Source: Candidatus Methylomirabilia bacterium
GTDB taxonomy: Bacteria > Methylomirabilota > Methylomirabilia > Rokubacteriales > CSP1-6
NCBI GenBank assembly: GCA_041492755.1
Contig: JBGPXN010000003.1
Coordinates: forward strand, 3,800 to 67,799
Direction of reading: 5' to 3'
DNA length: 64,000 bases
Positions 32,333 through 42,343 of this stretch are shown piece after piece; the stretch's first letter is position 1; every line of letters starts with the position of its first letter. The notes under the pieces were generated by a model that worked only from the letters and a program-made list of their open reading frames with translations, ran no database searches and had not been told where the DNA came from. The translations under genes were made by a program, and so were the position numbers.

Positions 32333-33618
32333 GCGCTCCCGTCATCCACGCCTGCTACACGGCCGGCCTCACCGTCGCGCTCGCGGCCTACGCGCCCGTG
32401 GCCGTCTACCGGCGGCTGACGCGCGGGGTGCGTATGAACCTGCGCGAGCGGTTTGGTCTCGGCGCCACCGCCGGGACCGGGCGCTGCGGGTGGATCCACG
32501 CCGTCTCGGTGGGCGAGGCGCTGGCCGCGGCGCCGCTGGTGGATGGCTTGCGCCGCGCCTATCCCGAGCTGCCGCTCGTGGTCACCACCGTGACGGAGAC
32601 GGGCGCGCGTATCGTGCGGGAGCGGTTCGCGGGCGCGGCGACGCATCGCTTTTTCCCGCTCGACTTCCCCGGCGCCGCGCGGCGCGTGGTGGCGGCGCTC
32701 GATCCGCTGTTCCTCGTGTGCATGGAGACGGAGATCTGGCCAAACACGCTGCGCACCGTCGCCAATCGTGGCGTGCCGGTCATGATCGCCAATGGACGGC
32801 TCTCCGATCGCTCGTTCCCGGGCTACCGGCGCGTGCGGCGGTTCTTGCGACCCGTGTTGGAGTACGTCCGGGTCTTCGGCATGCGTTCGGAAGAGGACGC
32901 GCGGCGAATGATCGCGCTCGGCGCGCCGCCCGAGCGCGTGTTCGTCACCGGCAACCTCAAGCACGAGCCGATGCCGGACGCGGCCGGGATCACCGACCTC
33001 TGGCGCCGGCTGCTCGGGCTGGCCCCGCACCAGCCGCTATGGATCGCCGGCAGCACGCACGAGGGCGAGGAAGGGGTCGTGCTCGATGCGCACCGGCGCG
33101 TGCGCGCCGACCATCCCGATCTCGTGCTCGCCATCGCGCCCCGCCGGCCGGAGCGGGTGGACGACGTCGTGAGGCTGGTCGAGGCGCGCGGGTGGAAGGC
33201 GACGCGACGGAGCGAGCTGCCGCGAACGGGACCGCGATCCGAAGTGATCGTCGTCGATACCGTGGGCGAGCTGGCGCAGATGTACACGGTGGCCGAGGTG
33301 ATCTTCGTGGGCGGCAGTCTGGTTCCCCGGGGCGGCCACAACATGATCGAGGCGGCGCTCCGCAGCAAGCCGACCCTCTATGGTCCGCACACGACGAACT
33401 TCCGCGAGGCGGCCGCGCTGCTCGTCGACGCCGGCGCGGCCGCCATCGTCCGTGATGCGGCCGAGCTCGCCCGCATCCTCGGTCAGTTGCTTGCCGATCC
33501 CGAGGGCCGCGCGCGGTGGGGGGCGTCCGGCTACGCGGCGGTGGCGGCACGCCACGGCGCGGTGAGAGAGACGCTCGGTCTGATCGACCGGTTCCTGATG
33601 CCGCGGGCCGCGCGATGA
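32329..33618 (+). CDS. waaA: 3-deoxy-D-manno-octulosonic acid (Kdo) transferase
   Basis: GT30 motifs IHAVSVGEA and GGSLVPRGGHNMIEA. 429 aa. Confidence 0.92.
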   Translation: MSAPVIHACYTAGLTVALAAYAPVAVYRRLTRGVRMNLRERFGLGATAGTGRCGWIHAVSVGEALAAAPLVDGLRRAYPELPLVVTTVTETGARIVRERFAGAATHRFFPLDFPGAARRVVAALDPLFLVCMETEIWPNTLRTVANRGVPVMIANGRLSDRSFPGYRRVRRFLRPVLEYVRVFGMRSEEDARRMIALGAPPERVFVTGNLKHEPMPDAAGITDLWRRLLGLAPHQPLWIAGSTHEGEEGVVLDAHRRVRADHPDLVLAIAPRRPERVDDVVRLVEARGWKATRRSELPRTGPRSEVIVVDTVGELAQMYTVAEVIFVGGSLVPRGGHNMIEAALRSKPTLYGPHTTNFREAAALLVDAGAAAIVRDAAELARILGQLLADPEGRARWGASGYAAVAARHGAVRETLGLIDRFLMPRAAR

Positions 33619-34712
33619 GCCGCGAGCGGGCCGCCGCCCGCCTGCTCCACGGATGGGAACACGGGTTCCCGCCCGGCCCTGGCCTCGTCATGACGGCGCT
33701 ATCCGGGGGCTATCGCTCACTGCTGGGCGCCCGCGAATGGCTCTACGGCCGCCACGTGCTCCACTCGCGGGCGCTGCCGTGCCCGGTCGTCTCCATCGGC
33801 AACCTGACCGTCGGTGGAACGGGAAAAACGCCCGCGGTGGAGCTGGCGGTCCGCACGCTCGCGGATCTCGGTCACCATCCGGCGGTCATCAGCCGGGGAT
33901 ACCGGCGCCGTTCGAGCGGCGTGCAGATCGTGGCGGACACCGCGTCGATCCGGCTGGACCCGGAAGACGCGGGGGACGAGCCGTTCCTGCTCGCGCGGAG
34001 ATTGCCCGGCGTGCCCGTCGTGGTCGGTAGCCATCGGTACGAAGCCGCGCGGGTCGCCGTGGACCGCTTCGGCGCCACCGCGATCGTGCTGGACGACGGC
34101 TTTCAGCACCGGACGCTGCACAAGGACCTCGAAGTGGTGATGGTCCGCGCCGAGCGGCCGTGGGGCAACGGTCGCCTCCTCCCGAGCGGCCCCCTGCGCG
34201 AGCCGCTGGCGGCGCTCGCCCGCGCGCACCTGGTTCTCGCGACCGGCCTCGCGGAGCCGGTGGACCTCGGCGCCGTGTCGGCGACCGTAGCCCGTTACGC
34301 CCCCGGTGTCCCGGTGCTCGCGGCTCGATACGCCGCGGTCGAATGCTGGGAGGCGTCCCGCATGCGGACGGTGGCGTTGGCGCAGCTCTCGGGCCAGCGC
34401 CTGCTCGGCTTTGCCGGTATCGCGAGCCCGAGGGCGTTCCGCGCCACCCTCGACACGCTCGGCGTGGCCGCATCGGAGCTGGTGATTTTTGCCGATCACC
34501 ACTGGTATACGGCGGCCGACGTGGGCGCGCTCGACACGCGCGCGGAACGGGCGGGCGCCGACGGCCTCGTCACCACCGAAAAGGACTGGGTGCGGCTGCG
34601 CACCTTGCCGTTACCGGGCCGCCCGCTCTACGTCGTGAGCGTGCGGTTGGAGTTCGTCGCCGGCGAGGACGGCTGGCGCCGCGCCTTCGAGGACGCGTGC
34701 CCGACTCGCTGA
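33615..34712 (+). CDS. lpxK: Tetraacyldisaccharide 4'-kinase
   Basis: The ATG at 33615 overlaps the waaA stop. P-loop GNLTVGGTGKTP. Confidence 0.9.
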   Translation: MSRERAAARLLHGWEHGFPPGPGLVMTALSGGYRSLLGAREWLYGRHVLHSRALPCPVVSIGNLTVGGTGKTPAVELAVRTLADLGHHPAVISRGYRRRSSGVQIVADTASIRLDPEDAGDEPFLLARRLPGVPVVVGSHRYEAARVAVDRFGATAIVLDDGFQHRTLHKDLEVVMVRAERPWGNGRLLPSGPLREPLAALARAHLVLATGLAEPVDLGAVSATVARYAPGVPVLAARYAAVECWEASRMRTVALAQLSGQRLLGFAGIASPRAFRATLDTLGVAASELVIFADHHWYTAADVGALDTRAERAGADGLVTTEKDWVRLRTLPLPGRPLYVVSVRLEFVAGEDGWRRAFEDACPTR

Positions 34713-35710
34713 TCGTGCGGCTGCCGAACTGGCTCGGCGACACCGTCATGGCGGTCCCGACGTTGCGTGCCCTGCGCGAGGCGTATCCCGACGGGCGCGC
34801 GGCGCTGGCCGGACCGTGGGCGCCGCTCCTGGCGGGGCAGGGGCTGGCGGATACCCTGGTCACGTATCCGCGCGCGTGGCTCGGCCGGTTGCGCATGGCG
34901 GACGCGGTGGGCGCGCTCGGCGCCGACGTCGCGCTGGTGCTTCCCAACTCGTTCGAGGCGGCGCTGGCGGCGCGCTACTGGGGCGCCCGCCGTCGCGTCG
35001 GGTTCGCGACGGGCGGGCGGCGCCGCCTGCTGACGGACCCGGTGGCCCTGCCGTTTCCACGCCGGCATCAGATCGACGAGTATCTCTCGCTGCTGGCGCC
35101 GCTCGGCGTGCCGGCCGCGGACGCGACGCCACGGCTCTCGCCACCCGAGCCGCAGTCGGAGGCGCGACGCGCGGCGCGCGCGCTGCTGGATGAAGTCGGC
35201 GCCACGGCCGGAGCCCCCCTCGTCGGCGTTCACCTGGGTGCGGCGTTCGGCGCCTCGAAGATCTGGCCCGCCGAGCACGTGGCCGCGTTCTGTGCCGAGG
35301 TCGGGGGCGCCGGGGCCGTTTCTGTGCTCCTCGGCACCACCGCCGACCGACCGCGCGCCGCCGAAGTGATGCGCCCCGCGCCGGTGCCGAGCCTCGTCGG
35401 CCGCGATCGGCCCGAGATGCTGACGGCACTGCTCGCGGAACTCGACGTGCTCGTGTGCGGTGACACCGGCGTCGGCCACCTCGCGGCCGCGCTCGGCATT
35501 CCAGTGGTTGCGCTGTTCGGGCCGACCGATCCTAGGCTGACCGCGCCGCGTGGTCGGGGGGAGGTCCTCGCGCATCCCGTGCCGTGCGCGCCGTGTTTCC
35601 TGCGTGCGTGCCCCATCGAGCACCCGTGTCTGCGCGGGCTCGCCCCGGCCCTGGTGGCGGAGCGCGCGCTCGCGCTGGTGGCCGCGGACACCGGAGGCCC
35701 ACGTCGGTGA
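34697..35710 (+). CDS. Glycosyltransferase family 9 (heptosyltransferase, WaaF-like)
   Basis: RLPNWLGDTVMAVPTLRAL N-terminus and C-terminal GDTGVGHLAAALGIPVVALFGPT. The start could be GTG 34697 or GTG 34715. Confidence 0.8.
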   Translation: MPDSLIVRLPNWLGDTVMAVPTLRALREAYPDGRAALAGPWAPLLAGQGLADTLVTYPRAWLGRLRMADAVGALGADVALVLPNSFEAALAARYWGARRRVGFATGGRRRLLTDPVALPFPRRHQIDEYLSLLAPLGVPAADATPRLSPPEPQSEARRAARALLDEVGATAGAPLVGVHLGAAFGASKIWPAEHVAAFCAEVGGAGAVSVLLGTTADRPRAAEVMRPAPVPSLVGRDRPEMLTALLAELDVLVCGDTGVGHLAAALGIPVVALFGPTDPRLTAPRGRGEVLAHPVPCAPCFLRACPIEHPCLRGLAPALVAERALALVAADTGGPRR

Positions 35711-36822
35711 GCGGCCTGACCGTGCTGCACCTCGCCACCAATCGCTGGTGGACCGGCAGCGCGGATCCGGTGCTCCAGCTCGTCGCCGGGTTGCGCGGCC
35801 TCGGTCATCGCGCGCTGCTGGCCGTCACGCCCGGCGACCGGTTCGAGACGAAAGCGCGGGAAGCCGGTGTCGACCCGCTGCCGGGGTTTCGGCTGGAGGC
35901 CCGGCTCGCGCCGGTGAGCGTCGCCCGCGATCTCCGCCTGCTCCGTCACGTGATCGAGCAGGAGGGCGTCGACGTGGTCCATGCCCACCACTCCCACGAT
36001 CACTGGCTCGCGCTGGCCGCGACACGACCGAGGCGTGGACGCCCGGTGCCGGTGGCGCGGACGTTCCACAATCACCGGGCGGTCAAGCGCGACTGGGCGT
36101 CCCGCTGGCTCTACCGTCGGACGGCCGCCGTGTTCGCGGTGTCGCGTCAGATCGAGGCGCGCTGCCGCACGGCGGGCCTGGCCGCGGCGTCGGTGTTCTG
36201 GATCCCCGGTGTCGTCGATCTGTCGCGGTTCCAGTCGGGCGGCGATCCCGCGCCGATCCGCGAGGAGCTCAAGCTGGGGGCGGCGCCGGTGATCGCCTGC
36301 GTCTCCCGTCTGGCCGCCAACCGCGGCCACGAGCTGCTGCTCGAGGGGTTTCGTCGCTTGCTCGCCACGCTGCCCGAGGCGCGGCTGCTGATCGTCGGCA
36401 AGGGCGAGACGCGCCCACGGCTCGAGCAGCTCGTGGCCGAGATGGAGCTGACCGACCGGGTGGTGTTCACCGGCTATCGCGATCGTGATCTCCCGCTCGT
36501 GCTGGCGGCAGCCGACTGCTTCGCGCTGATGGGCGCGGGATCCGACGAATCGTGTCGGGCGGCGCTCGAAGCCATGGCCGCGGGCCGGCCCGTCGTGGCC
36601 CGAAACGTCGGCGCGCTCCCGGAGACCGTCGTTGACGGGGAGACGGGCCTGCTCGTCGCCGACGATACCCCCGAGGCCGTGGCCACCGCGCTCGGCGCCG
36701 TCCTGCGCGACCGTGCGCGTGCGGAGCGCATGGGCGCGGCGGGCCGGCGACGCGCCGAGACGGAGTACGATCCGCTGCGCGCGGTGACGATCGTCGAAGC
36801 AGCGTACCGGCGCCTGGTATGA
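35707..36822 (+). CDS. Glycosyltransferase family 4 (group 1)
   Basis: The GTG at 35707 overlaps the upstream stop. GT-B fold features with the C-terminal ExxxxxxxE region (ESCRAALEAMAAGRPVVA). Confidence 0.8.
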   Translation: MSGLTVLHLATNRWWTGSADPVLQLVAGLRGLGHRALLAVTPGDRFETKAREAGVDPLPGFRLEARLAPVSVARDLRLLRHVIEQEGVDVVHAHHSHDHWLALAATRPRRGRPVPVARTFHNHRAVKRDWASRWLYRRTAAVFAVSRQIEARCRTAGLAAASVFWIPGVVDLSRFQSGGDPAPIREELKLGAAPVIACVSRLAANRGHELLLEGFRRLLATLPEARLLIVGKGETRPRLEQLVAEMELTDRVVFTGYRDRDLPLVLAAADCFALMGAGSDESCRAALEAMAAGRPVVARNVGALPETVVDGETGLLVADDTPEAVATALGAVLRDRARAERMGAAGRRRAETEYDPLRAVTIVEAAYRRLV

Positions 36823-37934
36823 GGGTCCTGCACCTCATGTCCTGCCGGGGCTGGTCGTCCGACGCGTACTGGACGGCGCGCGCGGCGCGTGAGCTGGCGC
36901 GGCGCGGCCACGAGGTCGCCGTCGGCTGCCGGGCCGGCACCGAAGAACGTGTGATCAGGCGGCTCCGCGCCGAAGGCGTCGAGCGCACCGAGACGTTCGC
37001 GTTCTCCAGCGGGCTCAAGCCCGGGGCCGACGTCGCCGATCTCCGCCGGCTGCTCGGGTGGCTGCCGCGAACGGACATCGTCCACGTGCATCGCGGCAAG
37101 GAGCACTGGCTGGCCGCGGCGGCGAACCGCTTGAGTCGGTCGCCGCGTCCCGTCGTCCGTACGCGCCACATCGCGCAGGCCGTACGTCCGCACGCGGCCA
37201 ATCGCTGGCTCTATGGCCAGGCCACCGCGCTCGTGCTCACGGTGACCGAGGCGATCCGGCGTCAATACCTCGCGGCCGGGCTCGTGGCGCCGGACCGCGT
37301 GGTGACCGTTCACGGGGGCGCCGACGGCGACGGGTACCCCACGGCCGGCCGGGACGACGGTGTGCGGCGCGCGCTGGGCGCCGCTCCCGGTGAGCTGCTG
37401 ATCGGCGTGGTCGGCGGGCTGCGCGTCATGAAGGGACATCGTATCGTGATCGACGCCGCGGCCATGCTCACGGCGCGCGGGCATCGGCCGCGATGGGCGT
37501 TCGTGGGACAGGGCAGCATGGAACGGGCGCTCACCGAGGCGATCCGGGCGAAGAAGCTCGACGGCCACGTGACCATGACGGGGTTTGTCGCCGATCTGCC
37601 CGCCGTGATGCGCGCGCTCGACGTTGCGCTCTACGTCCCGCTCGAGTCCGACGGCATGTCCCGGGTGCTCTTCGAATATCTCGCCGCCGGCCGCGCCGTC
37701 GTCGCGTCCCGGGTCGGCGCCGTGCCCGAGACGCTCACGGACGGTGATCACGCGCTGCTGGTCCCGGCCGGCGACGCGCCGGCGCTCGCCCTGGCGATCG
37801 AGTGGCTGCTTCCCGATGCCGGGTTACGGGCGCGACTGGGCGAAGCGGGCCGGCGCCTGGTGCTCGAGCGGTATTCGGGCGCCCGGGTGGCGGCCACGCT
37901 CGAGACGCACTACGCGCGGCTCGCCGCCTCCTGA
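36819..37934 (+). CDS. Glycosyltransferase family 4 (group 1)
   Basis: MRVLHLMSCRGW N-terminus and a C-terminal group-1 domain (DGMSRVLFEYLAAGRAVVAS). Confidence 0.8.
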   Translation: MRVLHLMSCRGWSSDAYWTARAARELARRGHEVAVGCRAGTEERVIRRLRAEGVERTETFAFSSGLKPGADVADLRRLLGWLPRTDIVHVHRGKEHWLAAAANRLSRSPRPVVRTRHIAQAVRPHAANRWLYGQATALVLTVTEAIRRQYLAAGLVAPDRVVTVHGGADGDGYPTAGRDDGVRRALGAAPGELLIGVVGGLRVMKGHRIVIDAAAMLTARGHRPRWAFVGQGSMERALTEAIRAKKLDGHVTMTGFVADLPAVMRALDVALYVPLESDGMSRVLFEYLAAGRAVVASRVGAVPETLTDGDHALLVPAGDAPALALAIEWLLPDAGLRARLGEAGRRLVLERYSGARVAATLETHYARLAAS

Positions 37935-37941
37935 GACCGGC

Positions 37942-39075
37942 CTGGCCAGGATCTCCGTCCTCTCCTTCGATCTGTCCGACAACGCGAGCGGCCGCGCCGA
38001 GCTGCTGGCCCGTCTCCTTGCTTCGCGCCACGAGGTCGCGGTGGTGGGACCGCGGTTCGGCAATGCGGTGTGGGCGCCGATCGCGGCGAGCGTAATCGCC
38101 CACCGCAGTGTCCCCGCCGGGCGCTATCCCCGTTTCGCGGGCGCCGTCCCCGCGCTGCTTCGGCTCGTCGACGGTGAGCTCATCTATGCGTCGAAGCCGC
38201 GGCCCACCAGCTTCGGTCTGGGGCTGCTCGCCCGCGCGCGGCGGCGGCGGCCGCTGCTGCTCGACATCGACGACTGGGAAGTCGGCTTCTTCAAGCGCGG
38301 GGGCGCGTGGGGGGGAATCGGACGCGCGCTCAATCTCGGCGATCCCAACGGGCTGAGCTGGACGTGGCTCTGCGAGCGCGCGGTTCGAGCCGCCGACGGC
38401 GTCACGGTGGCATCGCGATTCCTCGAGCAGCGATTCGGCGGCACGTTCGTGACCCACGTGCGCGACACCGAGGCCTGGGATCCCACGCGCCACGACGGCG
38501 CCGCGATCCGCGCCCGGCTCGACGTCGGACGGCGGCGGCTCGTCATGTTCCTCGGCACGCCGCGCGCCTACAAAGGCGTCGACGATCTCGTGGAGGCGGT
38601 TGGCCGGCTCGGCGCCGACGTCGCGCTGGCCCTGGTGGGTGTCGACTCGGCGTCGGCGGCCGCGCGCCGGTGGTTCGAGCGCCCATTCGTTCGCCTGGTG
38701 GGCCCGGTGCCGTTCGATGAGGTGCCGGACTATCTCGCGGCCGCCGACGTCGTGGTGGTGCCCCAGCGCGCGAGCACGGACACGCTCGGCCAGGTGCCGG
38801 CCAAGCTCATCGACGCGATGGCCCTGGCGCGCCCCGTCGTGGCGACGGCGGTGTCGATGATTCCCGAAATCCTGGACGGCTGCGGGGTCGTGGTGGCGCC
38901 GGGCGACGTCGGCGCGTTGGGCGAGGGGATTCGCTCATTGCTGGCCGATCCCGGGCGCGCGGCCGCCCTCGGCGCCCGCGCGCGCGCCCGCTGCGTGGAA
39001 CGCTACAGCTTCGCCGCCGCGCGCGCCGTCCTGTTCCCCCTCGTCGACGGTCTGCTGGAGCGGCCGCGCGCGTGA
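37942..39075 (+). CDS. Glycosyltransferase, group 1-like (start codon uncertain, possibly CTG)
   Basis: The conserved GT N-terminus ARISVLSFDLSDNASGRAELLARLLASRHEVAVVG begins 8 nt after the upstream stop. No in-frame ATG, GTG or TTG lies nearby. The C-terminus is group-1-like (LGQVPAKLIDAMALARPVVAT). Confidence 0.65.
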   Translation: MARISVLSFDLSDNASGRAELLARLLASRHEVAVVGPRFGNAVWAPIAASVIAHRSVPAGRYPRFAGAVPALLRLVDGELIYASKPRPTSFGLGLLARARRRRPLLLDIDDWEVGFFKRGGAWGGIGRALNLGDPNGLSWTWLCERAVRAADGVTVASRFLEQRFGGTFVTHVRDTEAWDPTRHDGAAIRARLDVGRRRLVMFLGTPRAYKGVDDLVEAVGRLGADVALALVGVDSASAAARRWFERPFVRLVGPVPFDEVPDYLAAADVVVVPQRASTDTLGQVPAKLIDAMALARPVVATAVSMIPEILDGCGVVVAPGDVGALGEGIRSLLADPGRAAALGARARARCVERYSFAAARAVLFPLVDGLLERPRA

Positions 39076-39094
39076 TGACGCCGGCGCGGCGCTC

Positions 39095-40201
39095 GTGAGA
39101 CTGCTCGTCATCGCGCGGCCATTCGTCTTCCACGGCGGCGTCGAGCGCGCCACCGCCGGTCTCGTCGCCGCGCTCCGCGAGCACGGTCACGAGATCGAGA
39201 TCCTGTGCCCGCCCGGCCAGGCCCCGGTCGCGGGCGTGACGATTCGCCGGCTCCCGCTGCCGCCGCTACCCGCGACGGTGCGCGTGCTGGCCTTCGCCGC
39301 CGCGGCCAGAGTGGCCGTGGCCGGCGGCCGCTGGGACGTGATCCAGAGCCACGAGCGAACGCTGCGCCAGGACATCTACCGCGCGGGCGAAGGGTGCCAC
39401 CGTGGGTATCTCGCCACCCGGGAGCCGCGCGGCGGGCGCGGCCTCTATCATCGCGTCGTGCTCGCGCTCGAGCGCCGCACGCTGACGTCGACGCCGTGGA
39501 TCGTCGCCATCGCCCGGCGTGGCAAGCAGGAGGTGGAAGCGCTCTACGGTGTAAACCCCGAACGGGTCACCGTCGTCTATAACGGTGTGGACCTCGAGCG
39601 CTTTCACCCCCGAAACCGCGACCGGCATCGTGCGACCACGCGTGCCGAGACCGGGCTGCCGGCCGGCGCGTGGGCGCTGCTGTTCATCGGCAGCGGCTTC
39701 GAGCGCAAAGGTCTCGCGCAGGCGATCGGGGCGTTGGGCGCACTGCGGGATCGCCACAGCCGGCTGATGGTCGTGGGCAAGGGTGACCCCGCGGCGTATC
39801 GCGCGCTCGCCGAACGGCTCGGCGTCGCCGCGCGGGTGTGCTGGCTCGGTGCGCGCCCGGATCCGGAGCGCTGGTACGCCGCCGCCGACGTCCTCGTGCT
39901 TCCCGCGCGCTACGAGCCGTTCGGCAACGTGCACCTGGAAGCGCTCGCCTCCGGGCTGCCGGTGATCGCGAGCCCGGCTGCCGGCGGGAGCGAGCTCATC
40001 GAGCCGGGCCGGAACGGCGCCGTGGTGGATCCAACGAAGCCCGAAGCCATCGCGGCCGAGATCGAACGTCTTCGGGATGCCGCCGTCGTCGAGACGACAG
40101 CGGCGGCGCGGCGATCCGCGGAGCCGTTCACCTACGCGGCGCAGGTGGCGGGGTTCGAGCGACTCTATCGGCGGTGCGCGCCAAACGCTGGTTTCGCTTG
40201 A
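39095..40201 (+). CDS. Glycosyltransferase family 4 (group 1, WaaG-like)
   Basis: MRLLVIARPFVFHGGVERAT N-terminus and C-terminal YEPFGNVHLEALASGLPVIAS. Confidence 0.8.
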   Translation: MRLLVIARPFVFHGGVERATAGLVAALREHGHEIEILCPPGQAPVAGVTIRRLPLPPLPATVRVLAFAAAARVAVAGGRWDVIQSHERTLRQDIYRAGEGCHRGYLATREPRGGRGLYHRVVLALERRTLTSTPWIVAIARRGKQEVEALYGVNPERVTVVYNGVDLERFHPRNRDRHRATTRAETGLPAGAWALLFIGSGFERKGLAQAIGALGALRDRHSRLMVVGKGDPAAYRALAERLGVAARVCWLGARPDPERWYAAADVLVLPARYEPFGNVHLEALASGLPVIASPAAGGSELIEPGRNGAVVDPTKPEAIAAEIERLRDAAVVETTAAARRSAEPFTYAAQVAGFERLYRRCAPNAGFA

Positions 40202-40233
40202 GCAATCCGTGGGGTTGGCCGTACACTGCCGGG

Positions 40234-40815
40234 GTGGTATCGCGACCGGCCGTCTTCATCGATCGCGACGGGACCCTCACCGACGAGGTCGGCTACGTCA
40301 ACCATCCCTCACGCCTCCGGCTTTTGCCGCGCTCGGCCGAAGCGGTGCGCCGCTTGAACGCGGCGGGCGTGGCGGCGGTGGTGGCGACCAACCAGGGCGG
40401 GTTGGCCCGTGGGTATTTCTCCAAGGACGTCCTCGAAGCGGTCCACGAGCGGCTGATCAACATGCTCGCCCGTGAGCGCGCTCGCCTCGACGGCCTGTAC
40501 GTGTGCACGCACCATCCGACGGAGGGCGAGCCGCCCTTTCGTGCCGACTGCGACTGCCGCAAGCCGCGCCCGGGGCTCCTGCTCCGCGCCGCCGCCGATC
40601 TCGATCTCGACCTCGTCGCCTCCGTCGTGGTCGGCGACACACCCTCCGACCTCGCGGCCGCGCAGGCGGTCGGCGCGCGTGGCGTGCTCGTGCTGACCGG
40701 CTACGGACTCGGTGAGTGGGAGTACCGTCGCGAGCACTTCGCGGTGGAGCCCCATCACGTCGCCGGCGACCTGCTCGACGCCGTCGAGTGGGTGCTGGCC
40801 GGACGCGCCCGATGA
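40234..40815 (+). CDS. gmhB: D-glycero-D-manno-heptose 1,7-bisphosphate phosphatase (HAD-IIIA)
   Basis: GTG at 40234. HAD motif I is FIDRDGT, followed by a Cys cluster (CTHHP...CDCRKP) and VGD. Confidence 0.85.
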   Translation: MVSRPAVFIDRDGTLTDEVGYVNHPSRLRLLPRSAEAVRRLNAAGVAAVVATNQGGLARGYFSKDVLEAVHERLINMLARERARLDGLYVCTHHPTEGEPPFRADCDCRKPRPGLLLRAAADLDLDLVASVVVGDTPSDLAAAQAVGARGVLVLTGYGLGEWEYRREHFAVEPHHVAGDLLDAVEWVLAGRAR

Positions 40816-41822
40816 TCGCCGAAGGCACGCGCCTGCGCGCCATCGCCGATACGTTTGCGAGCCGCACGCTCGTGGTGGTCGGCGATCTCATCGCGGACGA
40901 GTACCTCATCGGCAAGCCCGCGCGGATCTCGCGCGAGGCGCCCGTCATCATCCTGAAGTTCACGGAGCGCGACGTGCGTCTGGGCGGTAGCGCCAACGCC
41001 ACCCATAACGTGCACGCCCTCGGCGCGCGCGCGATCCCGGTCGGCGTGGTGGGACGCGATCGCGAGGGGGACGAGGTGCAGGCGCTCCTCCGGTTGGCGG
41101 GGATTCCGACCGATGGCGTGGTCGTGGATGCGAACCGGCCGACGCCGGTGAAGACTCGCATCATGGCCGGCGGGTATCAGGCGACGCGCCAGCAGGTGGT
41201 CCGTCTCGACCGTGAGCCGGATGGCGACTTGCCGCCGGGCGTCGAAGACGCGCTGGTGACCCGGCTCACCACGCTGGCCGCGAGCGCGGACGGCATCGTG
41301 ATCTCAGACTACGGCTACGGCACGGTCACGCCGCGGCTGGTGGAGCGGATCAAATGGCTGGCGGCCCGGCACGATACCGTCATCACCGTGGACAGCCGGT
41401 ACGACCTGCCGCGCTTCACGGGTGTGACCGCGGCCACGCCGAACGAGGCCGAGCTCGCCGAGCTCACCGGCCTGCCGGTAGACCGCGAGGTCGCGGTGGA
41501 GAAGGCGGGCCGCCAGCTCCTCGAACAGCTCGACGCGCGCATGCTCCTGGTGACCCGTGGCAGCCGTGGGATGGCCGTGCTGGAGCGCGCCGGCGGCAGC
41601 GTATTCCTCCCGATCTTCGGCACCGACGAGATCGCCGACGTGACGGGAGCCGGTGACACCGTCATCAGCGCCTTCACCGTCGCGCTCACCAGCGGCGCCA
41701 CGCCGATCGAAGCCGCGACCCTCGCCAACATGGCGGGCGGGATCGTGGTGATGAAGCGCGGAACCGCCACCGTCGGCCATCGGGAGCTCCGCCAGGCGCT
41801 GGACGACCACACCGGCGCGTGA
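40812..41822 (+). CDS. hldA: D-glycero-beta-D-manno-heptose-7-phosphate kinase (RfaE domain I type)
   Basis: PfkB-family sugar kinase with [10 protein letters not shown] and C-terminal [13 protein letters not shown] overlap with gmhB. Confidence 0.85.
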   Translation: MIAEGTRLRAIADTFASRTLVVVGDLIADEYLIGKPARISREAPVIILKFTERDVRLGGSANATHNVHALGARAIPVGVVGRDREGDEVQALLRLAGIPTDGVVVDANRPTPVKTRIMAGGYQATRQQVVRLDREPDGDLPPGVEDALVTRLTTLAASADGIVISDYGYGTVTPRLVERIKWLAARHDTVITVDSRYDLPRFTGVTAATPNEAELAELTGLPVDREVAVEKAGRQLLEQLDARMLLVTRGSRGMAVLERAGGSVFLPIFGTDEIADVTGAGDTVISAFTVALTSGATPIEAATLANMAGGIVVMKRGTATVGHRELRQALDDHTGA

Positions 41823-42343
41823 CCGCAGCAGGCGCGCGGGATCCGTCTCGCTCCCCCCCCGGCCATGAGATGACCATCGACGAAGCCGCGGCGCTTTCGG
41901 ACCGGCTGCGGGCCCAGGGTAAGCGTATCGTTCTGGCCAATGGCTGCTTCGATCTGCTGCACGTCGGTCACGTGCGATACCTCGAATCGGCGCGCGGGTT
42001 GGGTGACGTGCTGTTCGTCGGCATCAATGCCGACGCCGCCGTCGCGCGGCTCAAGGGGCCGGGCCGACCGTTGATGCCGGCCGGCGAGCGCGCGGAGATG
42101 CTGGAGGCGCTGCGCGCCGTCGATCACGTGGTCGTCTTCGAGGAGGACACCGCGGATCGCCTCGTCGCCCGCCTCCGCCCGCACGTTCACGTGAAAGGGA
42201 CCGATTACACCCGTGACACGGTGCCGGAGGCGGCCAGCGTGCGGGCGGCGGGCGGCGAAGTCGCCATCGCCGGCGATGCGAAGGACCACTCGACCCGCGA
42301 CGTGATCGCCGTCATCGTGGAGCGCTTCGGGAGCCGCCGGTGA
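41819..42343 (+). CDS. hldC: D-glycero-beta-D-manno-heptose 1-phosphate adenylyltransferase (RfaE domain II type)
   Basis: Cytidylyltransferase fold with [14 protein letters not shown]. The start could be GTG 41819 or ATG 41870. Confidence 0.85.
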   Translation: MTAAGARDPSRSPPGHEMTIDEAAALSDRLRAQGKRIVLANGCFDLLHVGHVRYLESARGLGDVLFVGINADAAVARLKGPGRPLMPAGERAEMLEALRAVDHVVVFEEDTADRLVARLRPHVHVKGTDYTRDTVPEAASVRAAGGEVAIAGDAKDHSTRDVIAVIVERFGSRR

